DNA of 64,000 bases from an uncultured delta proteobacterium (GTDB lineage Bacteria; Desulfobacterota; Binatia; UBA9968), in contig CAVWLW010000006.1 in assembly GCA_963755715.1 (NCBI GenBank), forward strand, positions 1 to 64,000. The letters are read 5' to 3'. Shown piece by piece: positions 32,772 to 43,800 of this stretch. Every line of letters starts with the position of its first letter. Within the stretch, counting starts at the first letter, position 1. Made by a program: the position numbers and the translations under genes. Below the pieces are notes generated by a model. That model did not search any database, was not told the origin of the DNA, and worked only from the letters and a program-made list of their open reading frames with translations.

Positions 32772-35609
32772 ATGGAATACAAAGACACGCTGAATTTACC
32801 GAAGACGGATTTTCCGATGCGGGCCAACCTGCCTCAGAATGAGCCGAAACAAGTCGAAAGGTGGCAGCGCGAAGGAACTTATTTCCAAATTCTTGAAGCC
32901 AATCAGGAACGGCCTAAATTTATACTGCACGACGGTCCGCCGTATGCGAACGGCAACATCCACATCGGCCATGCGCTCAACAAGATTCTTAAGGACATAA
33001 TCGTTAAATACAAAGCGATGACCGGCAACGCTGCGCCGTATGTTCCCGGCTGGGACTGTCACGGTTTGCCGATCGAGCTACAGGTCGAAAAGAACATTGG
33101 CAGAGCGAAAAAATTGGCGCTCAGCAAGGCGGAGATTCGCCGTCTCTGCAAGGAGTATGCGGAAAAGTATATCTCGATTCAGCGCGATGAATTCAAACGG
33201 CTCGGCGTGCTCGGCGATTGGGAACGGCCGTATCGAACCTTAGACCCGGCCTACGAAGCGCAAGAAGTTCGCGAGCTCGGCAAGATAGCCGCTTCGGGCG
33301 CGCTTTATCGACAAAAAAAACCGGTGTACTGGTGCGCATCCTGTGTGACCGCGCTGGCGGAAGCCGAAGTCGAGTACGAGGACCACACCTCGCCGTCAAT
33401 CTACGTCAAATTTGCCGTGAAAGATTCGCAAGGATTATTCCCTGTCGATCCCGTCAGAGGAACGTTTTTTGTGATCTGGACGACGACCCCTTGGACTTTG
33501 CCGGCCAATCAAGCGATCGCGGTCCACCCAAAATTCATGTACCGGCTCGTTAAAACTCCAAAGGGCGAACTCATCATTAATCAAGAGCTGATTCCCAGCG
33601 TGATGGAGGCTTGCGGCATTGCGCCTGAAGAATATCAGACTACAGGGGGCGCATGGCCCGGCACCGAGCTCGAAGGCATCGTTTGCCGTCATCCCTGGAT
33701 CGATCGCGATTCGAAAATTATTCTCGGCGACTTTGTCACGCAAGACCAAGGAACCGGCTCCGTCCATATCGCTCCCGGCCACGGCCAAGAAGACTACGAA
33801 GTAGGTTTGCGCTACGGCTTGCCGGTTGTGGCACCGGTGGATGCGGAGGGCAAATTTACTGATGAAGCCGGCGACCTTAAGGGCGAGTCGGTGTTCAAAG
33901 CTGATCCGCGCATCATTCAAAAATTAACCGAGCACGGCGCGTTGCTCAAAGAAGAAAAGCTGTCGCACAGTTATCCCCATTGTTGGCGCTGCAAAAATCC
34001 GGTGATCTTTCGCGCCACCGAGCAGTGGTTCATTTCGATGGAGACGAAGGGGTTACGGCAAAGCGCGCTCGACGCGATCGAATCAGTGCGCTGGATTCCG
34101 CCTTGGGGCAAAGATCGCATTCGCGGCATGCTCGAAAGCCGGCCGGATTGGTGTATTTCGCGCCAGCGTTCCTGGGGCGTGCCGATTCCAGCGGTTTATT
34201 GCCGAAAGTGCAACCGAGCGGTTTTAACCCAAGAACTCTGTAATCATGTCGCGGCGATTTTTGAAAAAGAAGGCTCGGACGCTTGGTTTATCCGGCCGGT
34301 CGACGAGTTGGTGCCGGTAACTCTCACCTGCCCTGATTGCGCTGGTCATGATTTTGCTCGCGAAGAAGATATTCTGGACGTCTGGTTTGATTCGGGCGTG
34401 AGCTGGGCATCGGTCGTCGAGCAAGATCCACGTTTAGGCGGCAGAGCCGATCTCTATCTCGAAGGCAGCGACCAGCACCGCGGTTGGTTTCACACCGCAC
34501 TGCTCACTTCCTTGGCGACGCGTGGTCGCGCGCCTTACGATAGCGTGCTGACCCACGGCTTCACTCTCGATGGCAAGGGCCGCAAGATGTCTAAGTCTTT
34601 GGGCAACGTGATCGCGCCGCAGGAGATTATGAAAAAATCCGGCGCGGAAATTCTCCGTCTCTGGGTGGCGGCCGAGGACTTTCGTGAAGACGTGCGGATT
34701 TCGGATGAAATCCTCAGCCGCTTGGTCGAAGCCTATCGGCGCTTGCGTAACACGGCGCGTTTTTTGATCAGTAATCTTTACGATTTCGAGCCGGATAAAG
34801 ACGCCGTTCAAACTGCTCAACTCGACGAAATGGATCGCTGGATTCTGCAGCGGACACAAAATGTGCTCAGTCGCTGCCGCGAAGCTTACGACAATTACGA
34901 ATTCCACGCGGTGTATCATACGCTCAATAATTTTTGCAGCGTCGATTTAAGCGCGCAATATCTCGACATCGTCAAAGACCGGCTGTATTGCGAAGGAACA
35001 AGATCGAACACCCGCCGGGCGGCGCAGACGACGCTCTATCGGATTCTCGACACCTTGGTCCATTTGATGGCGCCCATTTTGTCTTTTACGGCGGAAGAGA
35101 TCTGGAACTACATGCCGGACAAAGAGCGGCGCGCCGGAAGTGTTTTTCTCTCGCGCATTCCCGAGCCCGATACCAGTCTCGGTGATGCGCAGCTCGCAGA
35201 AAAATGGGACCGGATCTTCCGAGAACGAAGCGAGGTACTCAAAGCGTTGGAACAAGCGCGCGCCGCGGGAATCATCGGTCATTCGCTCGATGCCAAAGTC
35301 TCGTTCGAATCGCGCAATGGCGATCGCAACTCGATTTTAACGGGCCTTGTCCTAGATGATCGCAATCGATTACAGGATCTTTTGATTGTTTCACAAGCGG
35401 ATATCCTTGGCGATTCTCTCGGCGCAGCCGGAGTCGAGGCATCGGTGTACGAAGCTACTCAACTCAATTGCCGGATCCTGGTGCGCAAAGCGGACGGTGC
35501 GAAATGCACACGCTGCTGGAAATACGACCCCGCAGTGGGCAAAGATCCAACCCATCCGACCGTTTGCGCACGTTGCGCGTCGGTGCTCAATGCCGGAGAA
35601 GCGGCTTGA
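32772..35609 (+). CDS. ileS: Isoleucine--tRNA ligase (type 1)
   Basis: [39 protein letters not shown]-terminal CxRC..CxRC zinc finger. Confidence 0.98.
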   Translation: MEYKDTLNLPKTDFPMRANLPQNEPKQVERWQREGTYFQILEANQERPKFILHDGPPYANGNIHIGHALNKILKDIIVKYKAMTGNAAPYVPGWDCHGLPIELQVEKNIGRAKKLALSKAEIRRLCKEYAEKYISIQRDEFKRLGVLGDWERPYRTLDPAYEAQEVRELGKIAASGALYRQKKPVYWCASCVTALAEAEVEYEDHTSPSIYVKFAVKDSQGLFPVDPVRGTFFVIWTTTPWTLPANQAIAVHPKFMYRLVKTPKGELIINQELIPSVMEACGIAPEEYQTTGGAWPGTELEGIVCRHPWIDRDSKIILGDFVTQDQGTGSVHIAPGHGQEDYEVGLRYGLPVVAPVDAEGKFTDEAGDLKGESVFKADPRIIQKLTEHGALLKEEKLSHSYPHCWRCKNPVIFRATEQWFISMETKGLRQSALDAIESVRWIPPWGKDRIRGMLESRPDWCISRQRSWGVPIPAVYCRKCNRAVLTQELCNHVAAIFEKEGSDAWFIRPVDELVPVTLTCPDCAGHDFAREEDILDVWFDSGVSWASVVEQDPRLGGRADLYLEGSDQHRGWFHTALLTSLATRGRAPYDSVLTHGFTLDGKGRKMSKSLGNVIAPQEIMKKSGAEILRLWVAAEDFREDVRISDEILSRLVEAYRRLRNTARFLISNLYDFEPDKDAVQTAQLDEMDRWILQRTQNVLSRCREAYDNYEFHAVYHTLNNFCSVDLSAQYLDIVKDRLYCEGTRSNTRRAAQTTLYRILDTLVHLMAPILSFTAEEIWNYMPDKERRAGSVFLSRIPEPDTSLGDAQLAEKWDRIFRERSEVLKALEQARAAGIIGHSLDAKVSFESRNGDRNSILTGLVLDDRNRLQDLLIVSQADILGDSLGAAGVEASVYEATQLNCRILVRKADGAKCTRCWKYDPAVGKDPTHPTVCARCASVLNAGEAA

Positions 35610-36106
35610 GTGCGAAAAAATGGCAGCTCGTCGGCACTTGGCTGATTTTGATTGTCGTTCTTGATCAGCTCACCAAGATCATCGTCGACCGCACGATACC
35701 GCTGCATCACTCGATCCCAATCATCGATGGCTTGTTCAGCCTGACTTACGTGCGCAATACCGGCGCCGCATTCGGCATTTTCGCCGGCAGCCATGAAGCT
35801 TTTCGTTTGCCCTTCCTCGTGCTGGTTTCCGCTCTAGCCATCGGCTTCATCATCGTCATGCTGCGGCGCCTGCGCGAGCAAGAAACCGGGCTGATAACCG
35901 CGCTCGCGTTTATTCTCGGCGGCGCCGTTGGGAATCTGATCGATCGGGCTTTGCATGGCGAAGTGATCGATTTTTTGGATTTCTATTGGTCGAACTATCA
36001 CTGGCCGGCATTCAATCTCGCCGACAGTTTCATCACCGTCGGAGTGGCGATCACGATTTTTTATTTAATGAAAGCGAAAGGCGAAGATCCTTTCGCTCCC
36101 GCCTAG
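35606..36106 (+). CDS. lspA: Lipoprotein signal peptidase II
   Basis: [34 protein letters not shown]; overlaps the ileS stop. Confidence 0.95.
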   Translation: MSAKKWQLVGTWLILIVVLDQLTKIIVDRTIPLHHSIPIIDGLFSLTYVRNTGAAFGIFAGSHEAFRLPFLVLVSALAIGFIIVMLRRLREQETGLITALAFILGGAVGNLIDRALHGEVIDFLDFYWSNYHWPAFNLADSFITVGVAITIFYLMKAKGEDPFAPA

Positions 36107-36438
36107 CTTTCCTGTTTCAAGGCAACTATCGTCGCGCCCCAGCTGCCGACCTCAAGCGGCGCGTCATGAAATGAATCGACGCCGGGATGTTTCTGCAATA
36201 GCGAACGCACGATATTGCGCTGCACGCCTTTGCCTTTGCCGTGGATCAAGCGCACTTCGCGATAACCAGCTTGTTTGCATTGTTCGAGATATTCTTCGAC
36301 GACGCTCGGAATGTCTTTGGGCCGAAAGGGATGGAGATCAAGAGTGTCGGTCAGCGGAATGGTCACGGGTTCGCCGAAGGGAGAAGCCGTATCGCCAGCA
36401 GAGCCATCTCTTTCTTTTTCCTGGTCGCGCTGCGCCAT
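36103..36438 (-). CDS. Stand-alone Smr/MutS2 domain protein
   Basis: LDLH, LIHGKGKG, WGAT. Confidence 0.9.
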   Translation of the reverse strand: MAQRDQEKERDGSAGDTASPFGEPVTIPLTDTLDLHPFRPKDIPSVVEEYLEQCKQAGYREVRLIHGKGKGVQRNIVRSLLQKHPGVDSFHDAPLEVGSWGATIVALKQES

Positions 36439-36501
36439 AAAAAAGAGGGCAAGAAACTGTTCCTGCCCTCCCTCAGTGTTAATCGGAATCTAGCGTTTCA
36501 G

Positions 36502-37515
36502 CTAATCCCAACGTTTGTCGCCTTTCAAACGGCCGCCGGCTTTTGCCAACGCAGCTTGGACGATCGAGACGTCGACGAGTTTTTCGTAGCTTGGTTTATC
36601 ATCTGCTTTGATCGTGCCTAACTCCACTTGCTTGTTGACCGTCCACTCGACCATATCCTTTGGCAAGCCGTCGTTCACCGGCCAGGCGCCCGCGTTCGCT
36701 AAGATGTCGTACGTTTGCGCCACGGCGTCACCGTCCTGCTGCGTGTATTTTGTCGCGATTTCTACGACCCTGGCTTTGTTATTGTAAATGTAACGGTTTG
36801 CCTTGATGAGCGCCGCCATGATGTCGATGTAAAGTTGGCGATTATTCGCGATCTCTTTTTCCGGCGCGATGTAAGCGGCGTAGAGCCACTTGGGCAGCGG
36901 CTCCCAGAGATTGACCAGAATATTGAGCTCCGGTTTTTTCTTTTTTGCCACGATCGCTTGGTCGACATGAAGAATCGCCGTGTCGATTTGATTGGTCAGC
37001 AATCCCGGCACGCGGCCTTTGGTGCTCACCGGTATGTATTGCACGTCCTTGGGCGTGAGCCCGCAAGTCGCCAGCACCGCGCGGCTCATGACTTCGTTAA
37101 ACGCGCCGACTTCCTGAATGCCGATTTTTCGATCTTTGAGATCCTTGCAACTCTTGATGTCGCCTTGCACTAACATCGACTGAGATAATCGATGCGAATA
37201 GCTGCCGAGCACTTTGGTGCCGGCGCCTTTGGCCGCAGCGATGATCGCCGGATCGGAGCTCGTGCCGGTGATATCCAGGCCGCCGGCGACGCTGCCGCGC
37301 AGAGTCTGCGTGCCGCCTTCGAAGGTGACGAACTCCACGTCGATATTATTCTCGGCAAAGAAACCCAGCTCCTTGGCGACGTAGGGCGGAATATGAACCA
37401 CATTGGGAGGCGTGACGGGCACGCCAAAGACAACTTTTCGTTTGGTCTGCGCATCGGCGGAGCGCTCCAAATCCATACAGTTGCGAGCAGCCAGAATCAG
37501 CAAAGCTTTTTTCAT
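36502..37515 (-). CDS. ABC transporter substrate-binding protein (NMT1/THI5/SsuA-like)
   Basis: YVAKELGFFAENNIDVE, DLKDRKIG; the signal peptide may carry an indel. Confidence 0.88.
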   Translation of the reverse strand: MKKALLILAARNCMDLERSADAQTKRKVVFGVPVTPPNVVHIPPYVAKELGFFAENNIDVEFVTFEGGTQTLRGSVAGGLDITGTSSDPAIIAAAKGAGTKVLGSYSHRLSQSMLVQGDIKSCKDLKDRKIGIQEVGAFNEVMSRAVLATCGLTPKDVQYIPVSTKGRVPGLLTNQIDTAILHVDQAIVAKKKKPELNILVNLWEPLPKWLYAAYIAPEKEIANNRQLYIDIMAALIKANRYIYNNKARVVEIATKYTQQDGDAVAQTYDILANAGAWPVNDGLPKDMVEWTVNKQVELGTIKADDKPSYEKLVDVSIVQAALAKAGGRLKGDKRWD

Positions 37516-37529
37516 AAGACCTCCTTTCC

Positions 37530-38288
37530 CTATTCCCGTTCGTCAAAATTTCTCCACGGCGCGATGCGCCCCTCGATCCACTTGGCGAGTGACATAAGCC
37601 CAACCCCTAATATCATAACCACCACGATCGGAACAAAGAGCTTGTCGGTCTCGAAGGCATTGGCGTAGCGGACGATCATATAGCCCAAGCCTGTGACCGA
37701 TGTGTAAAATTCCGCGACGATCATGCCGACCAGTCCGCGGCCGATCGCCAGCCGAATGCCAACGACAATGAACGGCAGCGCGGATGGGATGATCAAATGG
37801 CGCCAGAGCTGGGCTTCGCTGGAGCAAAACGAGCGGGCGACTTCCTGCAGATTGCGATCGACGTCTTTGACACCTTGATAGGTGTTAATCAGAATCGGGA
37901 AGACCATGAAGAGAAAAACGATGATGACTTTCGCCGGTATCTTAAAGCCGAACCAAAGCACGATCAGTGGCACCATCGCCACCATCGGCATCGAATAAAG
38001 CGCATTGACATAAATATCCGTCGCCCACTCGACCAAGGCATAGCGCCCCATCACCACGCCAAGAAATACGCCGACGATCACCGCGAGAATCGAAGCATAA
38101 AGCAAAACCAAAAGGCTGGCCTGCATGTAGCTTTGCAATTCGCCCGAACCGGACAAGATCGATGAAACGCGCGGAGCGATCGCGAGCGGATAGGTAAACA
38201 AGATCGGATTCACGCGCCGCCCGTAATATTCCCACAGCGCCAGAACTAGGAGAAGCGAAAGCAGACGAACTTTAGCGCGCCGGCTCAT
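37530..38288 (-). CDS. ABC transporter permease (SsuC/TauC-like)
   Basis: Hydrophobic; EVARSF, LIIPSALP, IVAEF. Confidence 0.9.
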   Translation of the reverse strand: MSRRAKVRLLSLLLVLALWEYYGRRVNPILFTYPLAIAPRVSSILSGSGELQSYMQASLLVLLYASILAVIVGVFLGVVMGRYALVEWATDIYVNALYSMPMVAMVPLIVLWFGFKIPAKVIIVFLFMVFPILINTYQGVKDVDRNLQEVARSFCSSEAQLWRHLIIPSALPFIVVGIRLAIGRGLVGMIVAEFYTSVTGLGYMIVRYANAFETDKLFVPIVVVMILGVGLMSLAKWIEGRIAPWRNFDERE

Positions 38289-39069
38289 GGGCGATTTCTC
38301 CTTCGGGGTTTTGCTCTTGTTCCGATTTGAGCATTTCCCAGATAGCGTTTCTAAGCTCGATGTAGCGCGGATGAGCTCGGACCGTAAGAATTTTTCGCGG
38401 CCGTGGAATATCGATGGAAAAAATCTCTCGAATCCGGCCGGGCCGGCACGACATAACGACGATGCGGTCGCCTAAAACGATTGCTTCGTCGATGCTGTGG
38501 GTCACAAAGATCATGGTTTTCCGTTCGGTTTCTAATAGGCGCAGCAGCTCTTCCTGCATCAGTTCTCTGGTTTGTGCGTCGAGCGCGCCGAACGGTTCAT
38601 CCATGAGCAGCACCGACGGATTGATCGCCATGGCGCGCGCCAGGCCGGCGCGCTGCTGCATGCCGCCGGAAAGCTGGTGCGGGTAGGATTTTTCGAACCC
38701 CTTGAGCCCGATTAGAGTGACGTAACGCTTAACGAGCGCCGAAATATCCTCGCGCGATTTGCCTCTGAGCTCCAAGCCATAGGCAATGTTTTCTTCCAAG
38801 CGCTTCCAGGGAAAAAGACCGAAGTGTTGAAACACGACGGCGACATCAGGCCGCGGTTGGGTCACAAGCTGGCCGTCGATCAGCACCTCACCGCGGTCAC
38901 GGCTGATAAGACAATCGATGATTCGCAGTAAAGTTGTCTTGCCACAGCCGCTCGGCCCTAAAACACAGAGGCTTTCATTGGGGGCGACTTCAAGGTCGAT
39001 ATCTTGCAACGCCACCACCGCTCCGCCGCTGTAAGTCTTGGTGAGATTCCGGATGACGATTTTGTTCAT
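38272..39069 (-). CDS. ABC transporter ATP-binding protein (SsuB/TauB-like)
   Basis: GPSGCGKT, LSGGMQQR, LLMDEPFGALD, FVTH. Confidence 0.95.
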   Translation of the reverse strand: MNKIVIRNLTKTYSGGAVVALQDIDLEVAPNESLCVLGPSGCGKTTLLRIIDCLISRDRGEVLIDGQLVTQPRPDVAVVFQHFGLFPWKRLEENIAYGLELRGKSREDISALVKRYVTLIGLKGFEKSYPHQLSGGMQQRAGLARAMAINPSVLLMDEPFGALDAQTRELMQEELLRLLETERKTMIFVTHSIDEAIVLGDRIVVMSCRPGRIREIFSIDIPRPRKILTVRAHPRYIELRNAIWEMLKSEQEQNPEGEIAHEPAR

Positions 39070-39076
39070 GGAGAAA

Positions 39077-40274
39077 TTATGCTTGGGGGTTCTCAAGCAG
39101 TTTCTTGACGTTTTGCAAAAAGCGCGCGGCCATGGCGCCGTCGACGATCCGATGGTCGGCTGACAAGGTGGCGGTCATCATGGATTTGATCGCGAACATT
39201 CCTTCTTCAACAATCACTCGCGGCGCCACGCGCCCGACGGCCAGGATCGCTGCCTGGGGCGGGTTGATGATCGCGGTAAAGCTGTCGACGCCGAGCATGC
39301 CGAGATTCGACACCGTAAACGTGCCGCCCTCATAATCGAGCGGGAAGAGTTTTTTATCTTTGTGCTTTGTCGGCCAATGCTGGCGGCTCTGCGCCGCGAG
39401 CTCCGTCAGCGACAAGCGGTCGGCATTACGAATCACCGGCACCACAAGTCCTTCGTCGAGGGCGACGGCCATGCCGATGTTGATCTCCGATTGAGAGTTT
39501 GATCCCCTGCTCCGTATAAGTTGAATTGATCAACGGGAAATCTTTCAGGGCGCGCGCGCAGGCGCGTAGAATAAAGTCGTTGATCGAAGGGACGATCTCG
39601 TCACCGCGGCTCTTCCACTCGCCGCGCAGCGCGCCGACCGCGCTCATGTCGATATCCATGCTGATGTAAAAATGGGGCGCGCTCAGTTTGCTTTGCGTCA
39701 TGCGCTCGCCGGCGATGCGACGCATGGGCGTAAGCGGTATGATTTTCTCAGCTTCAGGAATCGCCGGTCTGTGCGGCAATTCGGTAGTCGACGCCCGCAG
39801 CACATCATCGGCCAAAACGCTTCCCTCCGGACCGCTGCCTTGGAGAGAAGCGAGGTTCACTCCTTTTTCTTGTGCGATTCTTTTGGCGGCCGGCGATGCG
39901 AGCACGCGGCCGCGATTCGGTGTCATTGATGCTGCGGACGGAGTCGTTTTTGGCGCCGCCGGCGGAGCGAAGATCTTTGCCTTATTCGGCGTCGGTGTTG
40001 GCTCGGGTGATTTTGCCTCGGTCTCCGGTGACTCGCCCGGCGCTAGGATCAAAGCTATTCTCTGCCCCACGGGAACTTCGTCGCCAGCCTGGGCGATCAC
40101 GTGAGCTAAAACGCCGGAGGCCGGCGCTTCGATTTCAACCGTCGCTTTGTCGGTTTCGATTTCCATGAGCGGCTCGCCTTTCGACACCGATTGGCCTTCG
40201 GCTTTGAGCCACTTGAGCAGCGTGCCGGTTTGCTGTGCGACGCCGAGCGCGGGCATGATTACGTTGGTGGGCAT
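39077..40274 (-). CDS. Dihydrolipoamide acyltransferase E2; frameshift near 39480
   Basis: Lipoyl ETDKAT, E3-binding ASPAAKRIA...GSGP, GTFTVSNLG, catalytic DHRIVDG. Confidence 0.92.
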
Positions 40275-40297
40275 GGTTGTCGTTTGTCTAATGGCTG

Positions 40298-40321
40298 AGG
40301 GCGACCGCCGGTCGCCCCTAC
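40298..40321 (-). repeat. GTAG-family REP element
   Basis: Minus strand reads GTAG-GGGCGACCGGCGGTCGCCC. Confidence 0.65.
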
Positions 40322-40339
40322 AAAATTCTTATCGCGCGC

Positions 40340-41656
40340 CTAGGATTTTATCCGTTCCAATGCGCCGGGGTTATTCAGATTCGATTGCGTCTCGCGCGTC
40401 GTTGAAAGCTCGCCGCCGGTGGTGAAGTAATGGGTGCCGGCGACTAGCAATTTTTCCGATGGAAAGCGGGTGATGACTTCGCAGCCGTCTTTAGTTACAA
40501 CCACTTCTTCTTCGAGCCGGGCAGCGGACCAGCCGTCGGACGCAGGCCAGTAGGTTTCCAGCGCAAACACCATTCCTTCTTCGATCACTTCGGGATGATC
40601 GAGCGAGACCAAGCGGCTGAAGATCGGTTTCTCCCAGATCGAAAGACCCACCCCGTGACCGTATTGGAGCGCGAACGCGGCTTCTTCGTTGGCAAAGCCG
40701 AACTCTTGCGCTTTCGGCCAGAGCTTGACTACGTCGGCCGTGGTGATTCCCGGTTTGACGATGCTGATGGCGGCGTCCATGTAGTCGCGGCTGCGTTTGT
40801 AAGCGTCGACCATCGCCGGAGAGGCGCTGCCGACGGCGAAGGTCCGATAGTAGCAAGTGCGATAGCCATTGTAGCTGTGTAGGATATCGAAAAACGCCGG
40901 ATCGCCGGGACGAAGCACGCGGTCGGTGTACACATGCGGGTGCGGGCTGCAACGCTCACCGGAGATCGCGTTGACGCCTTCGACATGTTCCGAGCCGAGA
41001 TCGTAAAGAACTTTACTGACGACACCGACGCATTCGTTTTCTTTCACTCCCGGTTTCATGAAGCGATAGAGCTCGTCATACGCGGCATCGACCATCATCG
41101 TCGCCGTGTTGAGCAGTGTGATTTCGTCTTGGGTTTTGATTTTTCTGACTTCGTGCATGAGCTGCTGGCCGTCGACGACTTTCATGCCTTGAGCTTGGAG
41201 AGCGAACAGCACGGGCATCTCGATCACGTCGACGCCGACCGGTTCGTTGTGCAGCCCGCGTTTTTCCAATTCCAGCTTGATTTTTTTTGCCACGTCTTCG
41301 GCCAAGCCGGAGCCTGGATGGGTCGCGCCGCGTAAGGTGGAGATGCCGGCGCGCGAGCGCTCGCCGAGCCAGGGGCAATAGATCTGATGATGGCGGGCCG
41401 CGGAGCCGAAGTCCCACAGGATCGGCTCATCGTCCTGCGCCAACAGCGAGAAGCGCACCAGTTTGTCCATCGCCCACGTGCCGATGTGCGTGGCGGTGAT
41501 GTAACGAATGTTGTTCATATCGAAGCAGAGCAGGGCGCCAAGCTCCGATTTTTTCAGCGCCGCCTTGATGCGGTTCAAGCGATCTTGGCGCAGCCGCTCG
41601 ACGTTGACCCGTCCTTCCCAATCGACGGCCATCAGGCCGAAGGTCTTGAGGCCCAT
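40340..41656 (-). CDS. M24 (Xaa-Pro peptidase/creatinase) family hydrolase
   Basis: RKIKTQDEI, DILHSYNGYRTCYYRT, GHGVG, EGMVFALE, RLEE. Confidence 0.88.
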   Translation of the reverse strand: MGLKTFGLMAVDWEGRVNVERLRQDRLNRIKAALKKSELGALLCFDMNNIRYITATHIGTWAMDKLVRFSLLAQDDEPILWDFGSAARHHQIYCPWLGERSRAGISTLRGATHPGSGLAEDVAKKIKLELEKRGLHNEPVGVDVIEMPVLFALQAQGMKVVDGQQLMHEVRKIKTQDEITLLNTATMMVDAAYDELYRFMKPGVKENECVGVVSKVLYDLGSEHVEGVNAISGERCSPHPHVYTDRVLRPGDPAFFDILHSYNGYRTCYYRTFAVGSASPAMVDAYKRSRDYMDAAISIVKPGITTADVVKLWPKAQEFGFANEEAAFALQYGHGVGLSIWEKPIFSRLVSLDHPEVIEEGMVFALETYWPASDGWSAARLEEEVVVTKDGCEVITRFPSEKLLVAGTHYFTTGGELSTTRETQSNLNNPGALERIKS

Positions 41657-41732
41657 GATTACTCCTTTCGTCTCGGCTCTAGAGTCTTATGTATCGAGTT
41701 GAATACAAGACGCGAAACCGTAAACGCCGGAC

Positions 41733-42806
41733 TCATGTTTTTCCGCATAACTGGTGCGCCATTTGCGCTACGGTTTCCGGCGTCGGCACGGTTTGGTCTT
41801 CGAGCACCGGCGAGAACGGCACGGGCACGTCCATGGCGCCCATGCGTTTCACCGGCGCGTCGAGATAATAAAAGGCGCCGTCGGCGATTATAGATGCGAT
41901 CTCCGCCGTGACGCCGTAGCTTTCGTAGCCTTCGTCGACGACGATCGCCCGGCTGGTTTTCTTGACTGATTCGATCAGCGTCTGCTTGTCCAGCGGCAAC
42001 GTGGTTCTAACATCGACGACTTCGGCGCTGATGCCGGTTGCCTCAAGCGATTGCGCTGCGGCCAACGCGACGTGAACCATGCTGCTCGTGGCGACGATAG
42101 TGATATCGCGCCCAGCGCGCTTCACATCGGCGACACCTAACGGAATCGTGTATTCCTCCGGCGGCACCGGTCCCTTCAACTGGTACATCATTTTATCTTC
42201 GAAAAAGACCACCGGATTGTCGTCGCGGATCGCGCTCTTGAGCAAACCTTTGGCGTCATACGGTGTGGCTGGGACGACAACTTTCAACCCGGGAATATGG
42301 CTGACCCAGGCATGCAAACTCTGGCTATGTTGCGCGGCAGAGCGGCGCGTGGCACCGAGGGTCGTGCGCAAGACCAGCGGCACTTTGAGCTTGCCGCCGG
42401 ACATGTAGTGGATCTTCGCGGCTTGATTGACCAACTGATCCATCGTCAAGGTGAGAAAATCGCCGAACATGATGTCCACGACAGGGCGCATGCCCGTCAT
42501 CGCCGCGCCGACCCCGATGCCGGCGATGCCGGCTTCCGAGATCGGCGAATCGATCACCCGCTTGGTGCCGAATTCCTTCGCCAGCCCGGAAAGCACTTTG
42601 AACGGCGTGCCCGCTTCGGCGACATCCTCGCCGATGATAAAGACCGTCGGATCGCGGCGCATTTCCTCGGCCAACGCTTCATTGATCGCTTGCGCGAATG
42701 TGATCTCGCGTGTTGCTGCACTGACAAGGGTCGACTGCGATCCCTCACCCTTGCCCTTTTCCAGCCGCCGCGGCAAGGAGGACGAGGGGTGTCTAGGCGT
42801 AGACAT
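41733..42806 (-). CDS. ThDP-dependent 2-oxoacid/acetoin dehydrogenase E1 beta
   Basis: AINEALAEEMRRD, GEDV, DSPISE, DQLVNQAAK, AAQHSQ, PYDAKGLL. Confidence 0.93.
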   Translation of the reverse strand: MSTPRHPSSSLPRRLEKGKGEGSQSTLVSAATREITFAQAINEALAEEMRRDPTVFIIGEDVAEAGTPFKVLSGLAKEFGTKRVIDSPISEAGIAGIGVGAAMTGMRPVVDIMFGDFLTLTMDQLVNQAAKIHYMSGGKLKVPLVLRTTLGATRRSAAQHSQSLHAWVSHIPGLKVVVPATPYDAKGLLKSAIRDDNPVVFFEDKMMYQLKGPVPPEEYTIPLGVADVKRAGRDITIVATSSMVHVALAAAQSLEATGISAEVVDVRTTLPLDKQTLIESVKKTSRAIVVDEGYESYGVTAEIASIIADGAFYYLDAPVKRMGAMDVPVPFSPVLEDQTVPTPETVAQMAHQLCGKT

Positions 42807-43800
42807 GCTGATCCACCTCGTCAGCATCAGGGTAAGGAGTCGCCAGGGCGAAGGTCACCGCCTGTTTAATTTCTGCAGCGACTTCAGTCTCGATTCGGCC
42901 GAGGAGATGGCCGTCGGCTAATTTGCTTTTGGTGAGCCACTGAGCGAAGACTTTCACCGGATCGCGTTGCGTCTTCCACTCTTCTTCCTCCCTCTTCGAT
43001 CGGTAGTAAGCTCGATCGATGTCGCCGACATGGTGACCGTGAAACCGATAAGTATTGCATAGTAGGAAAGCCGGACCGCCGCCGCGCCGCGCCTGCTCGA
43101 CTGATTTTTGCGCGGCGGCGTGGACCGCTCTCACATCCTGGCCGTCGATTGATTCGGTGTGAATACCGAATGCTTCGGCGCGCGCGGTCAGCCCGCCCGC
43201 CGTGGTTTCGCTGTAGTGCGTGTATTCGTTGTATTGGTTGTTCTCGCAGGCATAAATGACCGGCAGCTTCCAGAGGGAAGCCATGTTCATGGCTTCGTAG
43301 AGCAGTCCCTGCCCCAAAGCGCCGTCGCCAAAAAAACAAACGGCTACTTGATCGCTGCCGCGCATTTGCGCAGACATGGCGGCGCCGGTTGCCATTCCGG
43401 CGCTGCCGCCGACGATGGCGTTGGCGCCGAGATTACCGGTGTCTTGATCGGCGATGTGCATGGAGCCGCCTTTGCCGCGGCAATAACCGGCGGCTTTGCC
43501 CAAGAGCTCGGCAAACATTTTGTCCGGCGCCGCGCCTTTGGCGATGCAGTGGCCATGGCCGCGATGTGTGCTCGTGATGTAATCGTCTTGACGAAGCGCT
43601 TCGCACACGCCCACTGCCACCGCTTCTTCGCCGATATAGAGATGCGCGAGCCCGGGCATCTTAGCGCCGAGATAGAGCTGATTGACCTCTTCTTCGAAGA
43701 GGCGGATTTTCACCATCTGACGATAGAAATGCAGCCAGCGCTCATCGCGCGCGACGGCGGCCTTCGCGGCGGTCGGTTTAGCTTTCTTGGATTGGGCCAT
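42793..43800 (-). CDS. ThDP-dependent 2-oxoacid/acetoin dehydrogenase E1 alpha
   Basis: HLYIGEEA, STHRGHGH, GKGGSMH, GDGA...ENN, YRFHGHHVGD. Confidence 0.93.
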   Translation of the reverse strand: MAQSKKAKPTAAKAAVARDERWLHFYRQMVKIRLFEEEVNQLYLGAKMPGLAHLYIGEEAVAVGVCEALRQDDYITSTHRGHGHCIAKGAAPDKMFAELLGKAAGYCRGKGGSMHIADQDTGNLGANAIVGGSAGMATGAAMSAQMRGSDQVAVCFFGDGALGQGLLYEAMNMASLWKLPVIYACENNQYNEYTHYSETTAGGLTARAEAFGIHTESIDGQDVRAVHAAAQKSVEQARRGGGPAFLLCNTYRFHGHHVGDIDRAYYRSKREEEEWKTQRDPVKVFAQWLTKSKLADGHLLGRIETEVAAEIKQAVTFALATPYPDADEVDQHVYA

